Shown here in pieces: positions 13,001 to 25,600 of a stretch of DNA of 64,000 nucleotides (the stretch's first letter is position 1; each line of letters begins with the position of its first letter). This DNA comes from Bilabrum cf. latius (Eukaryota), in assembly GCA_965178125.1 (NCBI GenBank), contig OZ237775.1:434001-498000 (forward strand). Reading direction: 5' to 3'. The notes beneath the pieces were generated by a model. That model was not told the DNA's origin. It saw nothing but the letters and a program-made list of their open reading frames with translations, and made no database searches. A program made the position numbers and the translations under genes.

Positions 13001-16000
13001 TGCTGGTGGATTGCCCGATCCGGCGATACCCAACCACGTCGGTGGGCGCGTTGAAAGGGGTGCTGCCCGCCCCCTTGTACGCAAACCTCTGGTTGGGCGC
13101 GCTCCTTTGACCACCCCTCGTGATCACATCAATGCTGAGGCGAAGGAGAACCCGCGAGTCCGTGTCATTGGCCTTGTAGGGCCACGGCTCTGGGACGAAG
13201 CACTCCACGGCAGAGCTGTCCTGCCACACCACGCTGGTGCAAGGCCGCCCGTCGACGTACACGCCCTCCACTTCCGTCTCGTTGAAGCCAAAATTCTCGC
13301 CAAACACCAGGATGGACTCGCCCGGGCCCGCGATGTTGGGCGACACGGCGGCAACGACGGGGTCTGCAAGGACGTCCAAGAGCTCGTTCTCCTGGCTGCG
13401 TTGCCCCTTGGCGACCAGGACGACTTCGGAGTTGTCCCAGCTGCTTGAATTCACTCCGACGCACCGGACCTTGCTGCTTGAGATCCACTAGATGGATTCG
13501 CACGGATTGCCACCGACAGTGACCGCGTCGATATCTTCAGGCCCGGAGCCGAGCTCGCTCCCCTGGACGATGAAATCGCTCTTGATATCCCCCATGAAAG
13601 CGTACGACGGTTCCAAGGTGGACACAATCGGGGCCAAATAGGAGAATACCCCGTTGGGTGGGGACCGCAGCCCACCCCGTGTCAGCACGTCAACGGACAG
13701 GGAGCTACCCGCACCCCGAGGCGCAGTGACGACGAGCGTCGTCGAGTCGACGTAGCCCACCTGTGGCACTACCTTGCCCCCGAACACGACGAAGATCACG
13801 TCGTCCGGCTTCTCGCCGAAATTGGTACCCTTAATGGTCACGATGCTGCCGCCCTGCACCGACCCCAGAGCTGGCGTGACGAATGTCACGGTAGGGGTGC
13901 CAATTGCGACCACCGCGCTGGAGGTGGTGCCAATGGAGCTCTGGCCTGCGACGGTCACCCGCATGTTGTACTGGCCGCCGGACAGCTCGGTCGCGTTGAG
14001 CGCTTCCACGTTGCACGTGATCCTGCCTGATGATCGCAAGGCTGCGTTCGTGCAAGCCAGGCTGACCTTCCCGCCGCTCTGGCGGTTGGCCACCAGCCCG
14101 ACGGCCTCAAGCTTGCTCACATTCGTGCCAAAACTCGCGCCTTCGATCGTGAATTCCAGCTGCGCCTCGCCGAGGAACACAGTGGGCGGGTCAACGTAAG
14201 CGATGCTTGGTCTAGAGTACCTCCACAACCGCCGGGACTCGCTGTCGTACCCGCCGCGCGCGTGCACCTATACGCTTAGCTGCGAACCGACCCCGGGCGG
14301 CGTCAGCACAGTGATGGTGTTGCGGTCAATGACTCGGAATGACGGGCAAGGAACCCCGCCGAAAGACACCCCAGTAACGTACGGCCCATCCTGGTCTACT
14401 GCTGCGAAGAAATCGCCGCGCACTGTGACGTTCGTGCCCCCAGCGGCAGCGCCCAAGTCAGGCGAGAGGGAGTCCACCCGTGGACTGGCAAAACCCTCGA
14501 AGGCAGACTCGAAATACAGCGGGGCCGAGTACGGAGTCGACACCTCCACCCCTTCGGCAGGCCAGTCACCTACGCCCGATAGTGCGCACCTCAGCTCGCC
14601 GCTAGACACCACTGCCAGATCCGTGCAGGCGTACCCGCCCACGCGCACGGCTGTGATGTCGTCAAGGCTTTGAGCGAGGTGGCTACCGAGCACGGACACG
14701 GTGACGTCGCCCACACCAGGGACAAGAAAGGCAGGATCCACGCGGGACACTGCTGGCATCGCGTAGCTGAATACTCCACCGGTGGATAGGAGACCGTCTC
14801 TCCTCTCCACCACGAGCTTCAGCGACTGCCCGGCCCCAGGAGGCACCCCCACCTCGAGCAGCTCGTCCGAAATCCAGCGGAGGGACGCCTCCCTGGTATC
14901 CCCAAACCACACGCTACTAACATCCCCGGGCCGCACCCCGAAGGCACGGCCTGTCACGTTGATCTTGTACCCTCCGTCGACGGCGTTCACGCCTCCGGGG
15001 GCGTCGCTGGTTACCGACGTAACTTGCGGCTGGGCGATGGGACGCAGAAGGCCAGCGCTCCTGGATCGCTGACCTGCCACAGACACGACGATCGCGTTAG
15101 AGAACCACGGTGCGCTGGCCCCGACGCATCGGGCTTGCGTGGGCGAGATCCAGGACGCCGAAGTGCAGCGCTTCCCCCCGATTTCGATCCAGTCGACGTC
15201 GCCGTCCTGCATGCCCAGCTCTGTCCCAGTCACAGTGAAGTTGTAGTCCACGCTGCCCGAGAGTACTTGCGCGGGCTCGATTGCCCTGACTGAAGGCTGG
15301 CTGTACGAGAACAGGGCGTTCGCGGGCGTGCGCATGCCCCCGCGAGTGGTGACCTCAACGGAAAGCAGGCCACCAGCACCCGGCGGTGCGACGCACTCGA
15401 TGGTCAGCGGCTGTCCCGGAGTATCAGCTGCAGCGACGGTGAAGTTGAGGCATGGGTTTCCGCCGATGGAGACTTCGAGCACGTCACCTGGCTGCTCCCC
15501 GCAATCAGCGCACACAACCGTCTACACATCTCCGCCGAGGACTGCACCTATACCCGGATTCACAAGGGAGATGCGCGGCTGTCCGTAGATGCGGAGCACT
15601 TCGACCACGCTTGTCTGGCCGCCAGCCAGCTCAAGCTCCACTGCATCGGAACTGAAAGCAGTCAGATTAGCACCTGGCACCGTGCACACGGCCGATTCCG
15701 ACGAAATCCACGTCGGCTATACGCAGGGCTGCCCGCCCACAGTGATCGTTTCAAGATCCTCAGTCTGCTGTCCGAACGAAGAACCGCGCAGCCGCACCCG
15801 CAGGTCAGCTGCCTCCACGCCCGCGGCAGGCTGAAACACGTACGCCGGGTCTGTGCTCGAGATGACCGGGTCCTCATAGGAGAAGAGGGTATTCGGCTCG
15901 CTCGCAAGACCCAAGGCGTTCACCACCTGCACGTTCAGACCCGCCCCAGACCCCTCAGGCGTGATACAGAAAAGCCTATCTTGAAGCACCTGGCTGGCGT

Positions 16001-19000
16001 CAAGGTCTTCGCAATCGTATCTTCCGATCTTGACGACTGAAACGTCGTCTGCAACGCGGCCAAAATTGGTGCCGATGATGGTGACCCGCTGCCCACCCCT
16101 CTACAGGGCCCGCTGGAGGCTGACGGACAGCACCTGGGGCTGACCCACGAAGGTGAATGTGCCCGTGGACGTGGTGCTCTGCCCGTCCAGAGATACTTTC
16201 ACGTCTGCGGAGGACCACTGCGATGGGTCTAGCCCCCTGCACCAAACCTCATCCGAGGACGTCCGCTCCACGGCCGCGCAGTTCACGCCAGCCACCTGGA
16301 TCTCAGGCATTTGGTCCGATTGGTTGCCAGAGGCGATGGAGTCCCCAGTAATCTATACATCGAGGGTAGTGCCATCCTCCGGACCCGACAAAACATAGTC
16401 AGGCTGCACCGTGCTCACGCGCGGGGCCTCGTAGCCGACAAGAGGGGCGGCTTCGGACCGCAGGCCGAGGCGATTCGTGACCACGACGTCAGCAGAGCGA
16501 CCAGTCCCTGCAGGCGCAGTGCACTTGAGCTGTGAACCACTCAGGTGCCACAGAGGCTCGCACGGTCGACCACCTATCGAGACCGACGCAACGTCCCCAA
16601 CTTTGCGGCCAAACGCCACGCCATATACAGTTACATTCGCGCCGCCCGCCGTGCTGATCACGGCCGGCGATGCACCCGTCACCCGGGGTACCTGCACCAC
16701 CTCCAGCAGCGACTGGGATAGAGACGCCTGACCCCTCAATGAGATCTCCACCGCGGACCCCTGCCAGCTCCGCGCGCTCACGTCGTGACACACCACCTCG
16801 GTGTCGTTGACGACAGTGACGCGGGTGCACAGCGCGCCTCCCAGAGACAGCCCCTCGGGTGCCACGGCCGAGTCTCCCAGGTGAGCGGGTACGGCAAGGT
16901 TCTATCCCCGAATGGTGAAGGTGTAATTTGCGGGACCCGTCAGCACGTAGTCTGGCTCCAATGCAAGCAGCACCGGAGCGTCATACGAGTACAGCACCTG
17001 GCCGAGGCTCTCGGTGCCCACGCTGCTGTAAAATCTCACCGGGAGCGATTTGCCGGCTCCTGGAGGCGCCGTGCAGGTCACCCGGCCCGACGATTCGAAC
17101 GCCACGCCTTCGCACCGCCGCGCTCCGATCATTACCCTGTCCACGTCTTCGAGTCCAGTCCCGAAGTTGGAACCCGACACTGCTACCGAATACCCGCCGG
17201 CGGTGCCGCGCTCGGTAGTTGTGGCTGCACGCAGTGTGGGGACCCCAAACACGCGCAGCACTGCGCTGGAGGAGCCGTCCTGGGATCCAGTCCTGACCTG
17301 CACCAGGCTTGAGCTCCAGCTCTGCTTCCCGCTCATCTGGATGCACTTCAGGGCAGTTGAGTTCAGCAGGCGCACTGTTGGGCACACCCTGCCGCCGATA
17401 ATAACCTGGCTTGGGGCGTCAATGTCGTTGCCGAAGTGCTCCCCGAATACTGTCATGTTGTACGAGACATCACCAGAGAGGACGTGGCTTGGCTCGATCC
17501 GAGCGATTACAGGCGCCTTGTACCCAAGCAGCTGGTCCGATGTGAACGATAGACCGGCCGACTGCCGGAGCTGCACGCTGACGGACTTGCCAACCCCCTG
17601 CGGTGACACGCAAGTGATTTCGGTGGGCGACTAAACGCGCACGTCCGTGCATGCCCGGCCACCGATTAGCAAAGACGAGATGTCGGCGTCTTTCTGGCCG
17701 AAATTTCCGCCGAACAGTCGGATCGTCTGACCGCCCTTGACGTCTACAGAGCGCGGTAGCGCGCCACCGATGAATGGCTCCCCAAAGCCTTGAAAGACCC
17801 CACCTGTCAGCGCGCTCTGTCCTCCCACCTGCAGTCTGGCGGCGCTGGACAACCAGTCCCCGGCTGGTGCTCGCACGGTGCAGTTCACGGCGGACGAATT
17901 GATCACAACGAGCTCGTTGCAGTTGATCCCTCCCACTTCGACGGAGGTAGGCAGGTCCATAATCGTGCCGAGGTTGCTGCCCACTACGGTGAACGCGACA
18001 TCCCTCACCCCGGCCAGCGCATAGCCCGGCGACACCGCGCTGATGGCCGGCGCCAAGTATCCGAACAGGCCCTCGCCGCCGTACGTGATGGTTCTAATCC
18101 TGAGGTCAACTGACGGGCGCGCCCCAACTCCTGCGGGCACGGTGCAGTTGACCCAGGTGGCACCAGGATCCCTCGTCACACCGGTGCATTCCCTCCCGCC
18201 GATCCGAACGTACTAGATGTCCGAATCCTGCACGCCAAGGTTCTGCCCCACGATAGAAAGAGTGTACCCGCCGTCCACGGAGCCGACCTCTGGGACCGCC
18301 CCGGTGATGGAGGGCCCGTCCTTGACCCTAAACACGGAGCTGGTCGCCGTCTGGCCCTCGACCGTGACCACGATGCTGCCAGAGGAGAATCCCAGAGACG
18401 CATTCACGCCCCTGCACTGGACAGCCGACGAGTTGAAGAAAACGATGTCGAGGCAGGGGCGGCCGCCCAGCGACACTGCGCTAGGTTGCAAGCCCAGCGA
18501 CTCGGACCCCAAGCCTGACCCAAACAGCGTCATATCAAACACGCCAGAGAGAGGCGCTTCGGCCGGGACTGTGCGGAGTACCGCAGGCCTCTGGAACGAA
18601 ATCAAAGAATCAGTCGATCCCTTCAATCCACCGGTGGTTTCCACCGCCACGGCCAGGTTAGCACCGCCACCGCCACTGAGCTGACACTGGATGGTTTGCG
18701 ACGACTGTCCCTGAGGCAGCGCCATGTCCTACAGTTCGGGTGACGTGCAGTTGAACCGTCCCACCGTCACTCGCTTGATGTCAGATGTTCGCTTCGCGAA
18801 CGTACCGTCGATCGAGACGGTGCTGCTCGACCCCGTCCGCAGGTTGCCGCTTGTTGACCGCGCTGCCACCACGACAGGAGCGCCAAACACCCTGACGTCA
18901 GCTGACGTGGTCGCAGTAGTGTTCGAAAGCGTCACACCAACGTTCCATCGGCCTGTGGATAGTCTAGTCGCGTTCACCCGGCAGGACAGCTTGGTGGAGG

Positions 19001-22000
19001 ACAGCCAATGGGTCGACATGCAAGGTACCGTTCCTAGCTTGCCAAGAACAGGCGCCGCCAGCGGAGCCGAAGAACCGAACCCGGTACCCGTGATATTAAG
19101 CACTGCCTCGCTACCAAGCTGGCTACCCAGCTGCAGCTCAGTGGGCTGCACGGATGCGATTGCCGGCACGGTGTATCCCAGGCTGGTGGAGAGGCTAGCC
19201 GACTGGCCACCGACGTTCACGGTGATGCCAAGGTCGAGACCTATTCCAGCCGGAGTCACACACACAAGGTCCGTGGAGGATTGCAGCGAGATGCTCGTGC
19301 ACGCGCTACCGCCGATGGAGACAGAGACTGAAGCAGGACTCCCGCCGAAGTTAGTACCGATGATCTTGACGCTCGTGCCTCCTGCTTGAGAAAGTCTTGT
19401 AGTGGTTTCCACGATAGTAGCCGAGGACAGGGAAGGGGCCTGGTAGCCCACCCGCACCACCCCTTTGGCCTCCAGGCCTGCATATCCCGTGCCAATTGAC
19501 AGCAGTCGGGGAGCGCCCACACCTGCGGGCAGCGACACGCTCAGGGCAGTGTCCGAGGTGCGGGTCACGGAAGAGGCAGGTACGAGGCTGTTCCCGAGGT
19601 ACACGGCAGGCTTGGATCCGGTAGTGCCGAAGTCCGTCCCAGCTATGGTCAGCGTCTTGGAGGACCCATCGGCTGGCAGTACGATCGCCTGAGAGGCACC
19701 TGCAGATCGAGTGGTGGCCCCAAAGGTCACGCTGGATAGCGCGGGGGCAGACACGTTGTACACGGACACAAGATGTCCCGCCTGCACCCATGAAGCGCTG
19801 GACAGTCCCTTGTTGTGCCAGTCGTCGTCCGCCTGCGTGTCCACAGAGGCCAGGTGAGCCCTCGAGTCCTCGCTGCCGTCGATCGAGGTGGAGGCCGTCT
19901 GCCCGCCCACCGTGACGGACACGTGGCCCACAGGCCCGTTGCCCGCAGGGGTGGTGCAGGTGATCTTGCGGTCGCTTACCACGGTCACGCTGGTGCAGGC
20001 TGTCCCGCCGACAGTCACGGTGACATCCGTGCCCCCGGCCACAGCGACTGCCTGGTTGGTGGCCCACTTGGTGGACCCGAAGTTGAGCCCGCGGATGGTG
20101 AGGGTCTGTCCCCCCGCAGCGTCCCATCCGTCCCCTGTGGTGGCGTTGTGTCCCGAGGGAAGAGACACGGCGTGGATCTCGGGCGCGGCGTAGCTGAACG
20201 AACCTCCGCCCGACTCAGTCAACTGGCCAACCTTCACCTGCACGGCATGCCCTGTCCCGATACCATCTGGGACGACGCAAGTGATTGAAGTGTCACTATT
20301 TGCGATTGTCGATACGCAAGGACGCCCGCCAACAGCTGCGACCGCCGTCTCCGTCGTGTTGAACCCCTGGCCCGTGATGCTGATGTTGTACTGGAGGGCG
20401 TCATCGAGCTTGTCCTCGGTCGCGTTGGCCCAGCGGCGGGCAGCCGGCTGGGTGGAGGCCCAGCTGGTCACTGAGTGCTGGCGGTACGACACCGCGGAGG
20501 CCCTTGTGAAGGTTCGCCCGTCCATCGTCACCTGCACGTCGAGGCCTGTCGCCGTGCCGGCTGGCGTCGTGCACTCCACTATGACGGTGTCGGCCGAGCT
20601 GGCGCTGCTTCCCGTGTACGATTCCACGCTGCAAGAAGTGGCGGATGCGGTACCGATTGTGGCGGTGACTGTCCCGGTTGTGTCGATGTCCAGGGAACTG
20701 GATCCCATGGGGGCAGATAGCGTGATATCTACGGTCTGACCCCCTGCCCTGTCGAGGTCAGAAGAGGGCGACACCGTGATAGTCTTTGGATTGCGGCAAA
20801 CTGCATCGCTGCTGAAGGCCACGTTGTCGGCGTTGTCGGGCACGGATGCTGTCACCTTTGACAGGCCAGAATAGGAGATCACGCCGTCAGTGTCACCGCA
20901 GGACTTCCCGCCCAAGTCGCAGCTGCAGCTCGTCCCGCAGCGGTAGCTGCCTGACTGCACGGACAGGCTGGTGCTCTCAACCACGTACGTCTTACTGGCC
21001 GCAGTACCGCTGTCGTACTTTCGGAAAATGATCCTCCCGCCGCCGCCAACACTCTCCCTGCCGTTTGTGAGGGGCCGGTTGTGGGATGTGCTGGTCCACT
21101 CATTGCCGGAAGCAGGAGTCGAGTACCCCCCCCGCGCCCTGAGGCGAGCCTGCTTGGTGACGATGACGTCGTAGCCGCTTTTAACTTGGAATCGTAGCAT
21201 GCCGCCGGCGCCAGCTCCCCCCACGCCGCCGAAATAGTTCCCAGCGCCATCCGTCACAAACTCCGTGTCACCAAGCACAATGTCACCCCCCTGGGCCTCA
21301 AGCTCAATAGCACCACCGCCCGCACCTCCATGAGCTGGTTTGCAGTAATCCGTTAAACTACTAAACTGGCCAGCGTGTGAAATTCGCTCGTAGGAAGTCC
21401 GGATGCTGTACCAACCACCGGCTCCGCCGCCTCCACCCCCTCCGCCAACGAGATCCATCGTGGCACTACCTGCAATGACAATTCAAATAAATAAATAAAT
21501 AAATAAATAAATAAATTAATTCATAAATGATCAGTTTATTACCCTGGTAAAACGAGGCGTGAGCTGTGCTGCATGCATGGTTGTATCTCACCATATGTGT
21601 CGCCGGCATCGCCTCCGTGCGGCGCATTTAAATCTCGAGACCCTTTTCCACCGAATGAGCCGCCGCCTCCTACCACACCGAATGCATGGGAGCTATCGTG
21701 ATCGGCTCCAAACTGCATATTTGATGACTGTGCGCCGCTAACTGTCGTAGGCAAGCTTCGGCCGTGAGGTGCAGCCTTTGGTGGTCTAGTTACGCTCATG
21801 ATGGCTTGTATTTGAGTGTAGCTGGAGTACCCTGAAGCTCTCTACCCGTTGAAGCCCCCAAGCCTTCCGACGTGAAACGTTTCATACGTTTCCCCGTTGC
21901 ATTGAATAGCTCGAGTAAGCGGCACGTGCGACGTCTCTTTGCAGTCTCTGTTGTGACCACTATCAAATTTCCTATATCCACAATCTGTACCCTATGATGC

Positions 22001-22342
22001 TGACAATGATATACTTGTCGGTAACGCAGTTGCATTGAAGACTCCACCATCTACTGTAATGGAAGACTTGGAAACGAGGCGGATTGCCCGTGAACCGCTC
22101 ATTGACACGGAGACGCCATCCCCGATAAAGATGGCATCAAACTCGTACTCTACGTAATCATTACCATTGTTTACAACTGTCGTGCCAGTCGCACAAGTGG
22201 CGTCTGAGCAAGCAGTGGCTGCCGAAGAATCGAACGAGATAGAATCCGACGTGGAGCAGCAGTACAGGCTATCGGTGCCGTCCGAATCGAAGCATCCAGC
22301 GAATGCAACTGATATTCCAAACAGTATCTAGAGGACAAGCAT
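10005..22342 (-). CDS. Giant surface protein, paralog A (~4,070 aa): signal peptide, Gly-rich N-domain, ~25-30 IPT/TIG repeats, FN3, Cys-rich module, multi-TM C-terminus; exons 22342-21592 and 21469-10005
   Basis: All minus-strand pieces from 21458 to 10005 share one frame, broken only by TAG (15 counted in the gene), and end in TGA. The N-terminus MLVL*ILFGISVAFAGC is signal-like. Repeats follow GG..VTI.G.NFG...V.VGG..C......C..P.G.G. FN3 shows YWFRVRAEN.AG. The Cys-rich part is CAACPPGAYC..GYWR. The TM region contains YWESVVALRK and PY...LN.LE. Confidence 0.85.
10281..10846. repeat. Near-identical inverted tract shared with 34083-34648 (TM region of the two paralogs)
   Basis: Ungapped reverse-complement match with few substitutions; both encode RLFTCIEIGG...YLLSPSVGQ. 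Confidence 0.9.
11700..12196. repeat. Near-identical inverted tract shared with 32772-33268
   Basis: Both encode PDLVLNAPEIEG...FWVA; identity is highest over 11884-12196 / 32772-33084. Confidence 0.9.
12474..12698. repeat. Near-identical inverted tract shared with 32351-32575 (Cys-rich module)
   Basis: Both encode NMVTEACHAGQF...GVELD. Confidence 0.9.
19409..20201. repeat. 793-bp near-identical inverted tract shared with 24806-25598
   Basis: Ungapped reverse-complement match with only a handful of substitutions; both encode SFSYA.PEIHAVSLP...SSATIV. Confidence 0.92.
21470..21591 (-). other. Spliceosomal intron (122 nt, phase 1) containing a (TTTA)n microsatellite
   Basis: Minus strand G|GTGAGA...TTGCAG|GT. 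Splicing joins GDAGDTY-G-SATMDLVGGGG in frame. The AAAT repeat is at ~21485-21516. Confidence 0.85.
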
Positions 22343-22661
22343 TGTACTCGCTAGAATCGCAGGAATGTGGCAGCTTTGGCGAGTACTTGTGCTTGCCTTG
22401 AGTTTGGAGACAATCAATAGTTTTTGTCTTCATCGTTTGTCCATTTCTCATGATGATTATTGTATCAAACAGAGAAAATTAATGCTACTATAGCATGCTA
22501 AAAGAAATTTATGACTTTATGTACCCTTGTATTGACAGTTCAAGCGCGTATTTTATCGCACGTTCTCCTTATCGTTGCACAGGTGCATCACCGCACCACA
22601 AGCGCATTTTAAAGATGAAGCAAACGCGCCGCGTGCCTCGCTGTTTCACTTTCTTCTACGA
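22343..22661. promoter_or_regulatory. Putative bidirectional promoter between the head-to-head IPT/TIG paralogs
   Basis: 319-bp AT-richer spacer between two divergent predicted ATGs. Function is inferred from position only. Confidence 0.55.
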
Positions 22662-25600
22662 ATGCGCCCTCAGAGCGACTTCATTTACGGTATCATCTTG
22701 TTGAATTTGTTTGACCTGTAGAGTCTAGTACTTAGTTCTTGCTTAGTCGACTCTGATAGCTCACTTGTGTGCTGCGGAGCCTCAAACTCAGTTTCCGTCG
22801 ACACCAGCAACACTCCAGAGCTGTGCAGCGGAGCTGATTGTGTGGATGGTAGTGTATCATCCGGCTTAGCTACCTTTACTTTTGACTACATCTATATCGA
22901 CTCTACAACCACGGTCACTCTTGATGGTGGCCGCCCACTCCTGTTACAAGCGAGGTACGGCATGACAATCGACGGAGGGACGTGGAATGGCACAGCAGAG
23001 GCACAAAACTTGAAGGTCACGGCCGACGGTGGTGGAAATAGCAACGATGAGCCAAAGAAGTGCCACAACAAGTGGTACGACATGATGCACGAGGGAAAGC
23101 TCGGAGGCTACGATGGAGGGAGGGCCGCATTTTACAGTTCGTACACACGAGCAAACGAAGTATCGCAGTACTCTTCATCGAGAAGTAACTATGAAGGAGG
23201 TGCGCCTAGCGGTTTGGATGGTGCTGAAAGCTCTGAGCACACCACCTCAGACGATTGGTGCGGCTGGGAGGAATGCGAGGGATTCAAGCCGGGGGGAGCA
23301 GGAGGCTCCCACTACGGGTATGGAGGGGACACGAGCAGCTCATGGGGCGACGCGGACCCAGGCGATCGATGGAGTAAGTATTGGTTTATGCAATGCTTCT
23401 TTGAGAATCGGAGGAATGCACCCCAGTTTCTCTGTGATTTCGTTGCTTTGCTGCATTTGGTGTCTCGAGCCGACTCTCGACACGATGCGCTATCGGCCCC
23501 ACAGCCAACCTTATTATCGCCGCACGTTTATTTTTCGTTTTATCTCTCTTTGCAGATCGAAATGCAGGCGAAGCTCTCCGTGGCGGCGGTGGGGGCGGCG
23601 GCGGTTCGGGTGGCGTGCGGCGCCGCGACGAGGACGACGAGCCATGGGAGCACGGAGGGGCGCGTGACGAAACCATGTGCATGCCCGCGCACGGCGGTGC
23701 CGGCGGAGGTGCCATCGAGTTCGTCACACAGGAAGGGGAGCTGTGGATCGGAGACGCAACCATCGTCATGGACGGGGCCGGGTCCTATCACCCCGGGAGA
23801 GGCGGGGCGGGGGCCGGCGGCATGATACGGCTGAAAGCCCCCAGCTCCGGCAAGATCGTCGTGGCCTAGAACGCCAAGCTGTGGGCGAGGGGGGGCTTGG
23901 ATGATCCGCCTCAAAGATGGCGCGGGCGATCCTACAGGTACACTGGCCGTGGCGCTGGCGGGGGCGGCGTGGTGGAGTTCTCCCGTTACATCTCCGGGGG
24001 CAGCCACGTTGACGTTTGGTATAAGGACTCGTCAGTGGACGTTAGGAGCGGCCTATTTCGGCTTACCGCGGACCAACGTGACGACTGTGACGACAACTGT
24101 AACTTTGACGCTGAGAACGGCAGGGTGCACGAGGACAATGTGGATCACCAGTCACAGAGCTCGGTGCCCGCCAACGCGAACGGTGCCCCCTACAACCAGA
24201 ACAACATGTGCCCTTCCAACGAGGTGCAGCTTGTCAGTACTGGCCCGTTCAACGTGGTAGGAGGGCAGACTATCACCGTCAAGAAGCGCGTGAGTCCGTC
24301 CGATTGGGTCCCCATTGACAGCACCAAGACACCTTAGGTGAAGATCGGGACCAAGACTTGCACGAATCCCTCTGTAAACTCGCACGTCGGAAAGAACACC
24401 GCGGCGATCGAGGTCACCATCACCTGCACCACCCCCATGGGTTTGGGATAGGACCACGACGTGGAGGTCACCATCGACGGGCACACGGCGAAGTAGTCCA
24501 GCGCGTTCGACTATGCCCTCAGCACCGCCACTGGGTGGGCCTCCACCCAGCAGGCTGCCCGCCGCTGGGCCAACGCGACGGAGGACAAGCTCGATGACGC
24601 CCTCCAGTACAGCATCAGCATTTCTGGTACGAATTTCGGGGGGCCGAGCCTGTCTTCGCTTGCCACAGCACACGTCGGAGGCCGACCGTGCGTGTCTACT
24701 AGCATTGTCAGCGACACTGCAGTGTCATGCACGGTTCCAGATGGTATCGGGACAGGGCATGCCATTACTCTTGAGCTTGATGGCGAAACAATCAACGTGC
24801 CAGGGTCGTTCAGCTACGCCTCGCCCGAGATCCACGCCGTGTCTCTTCCCTCGGGACACAACGCCACCACAGGGGACGGGTGGGACGCTGCGGGGGGACA
24901 GACCCTCACCATCCGCGGGCTCAACTTCGGGTCCACCAAGTGGGCCACCAACCAGGCTGTCGCTGTGGCCGGGGGCACGGATGTCACCGTGACTGTCGGC
25001 GGGACAGCCTGCACCAGCGTGACCCTGGTAAGCGACCGCAAGATCACCTGCACCACTCCTGCGGGCAACGGGCCCCTGGGCCACGTGTCCGTCACGGTGG
25101 GTGGGCAGACGGCCTCCACCTCGATCGACGGCAGCGAGGACTCGAGGGCTCACCTGGCCTCTGTGGACACGCAGGCGGACGACGACTGGCACAACAAGGG
25201 ACTGTCCAGCGCTTCATGGGTGCAGGCGGGACACCCCGTGTCCGTGTACAACGTGTCTGCCCCCGCGCTATCCAGCGTGACCTTCGGGGCCACCACTCGA
25301 TCTGCAGGTGCCTCTCAGGCGATCGTACTGCCAGCCGATGGGTCCTCCAAGACGCTGACCATAGCTGGGACGGACTTCGGCACGACCGGATCCAAGCCTG
25401 CCGTGTACCTCGGGAACAGCCTCGTACCTGCCTCTTCCGTGACCCGCACCTCGGACACTGCCCTGAGCGTGTCGCTGCCCGCAGGTGTGGGCGCTCCCCG
25501 ACTGCTGTCAATTGGCACGGGATATGCAGGCCTGGAGGCCAAAGGGGTGGTGCGGGTGGGCTACCAGGCCCCTTCCCTGTCCTCGGCTACTATCGTGGGT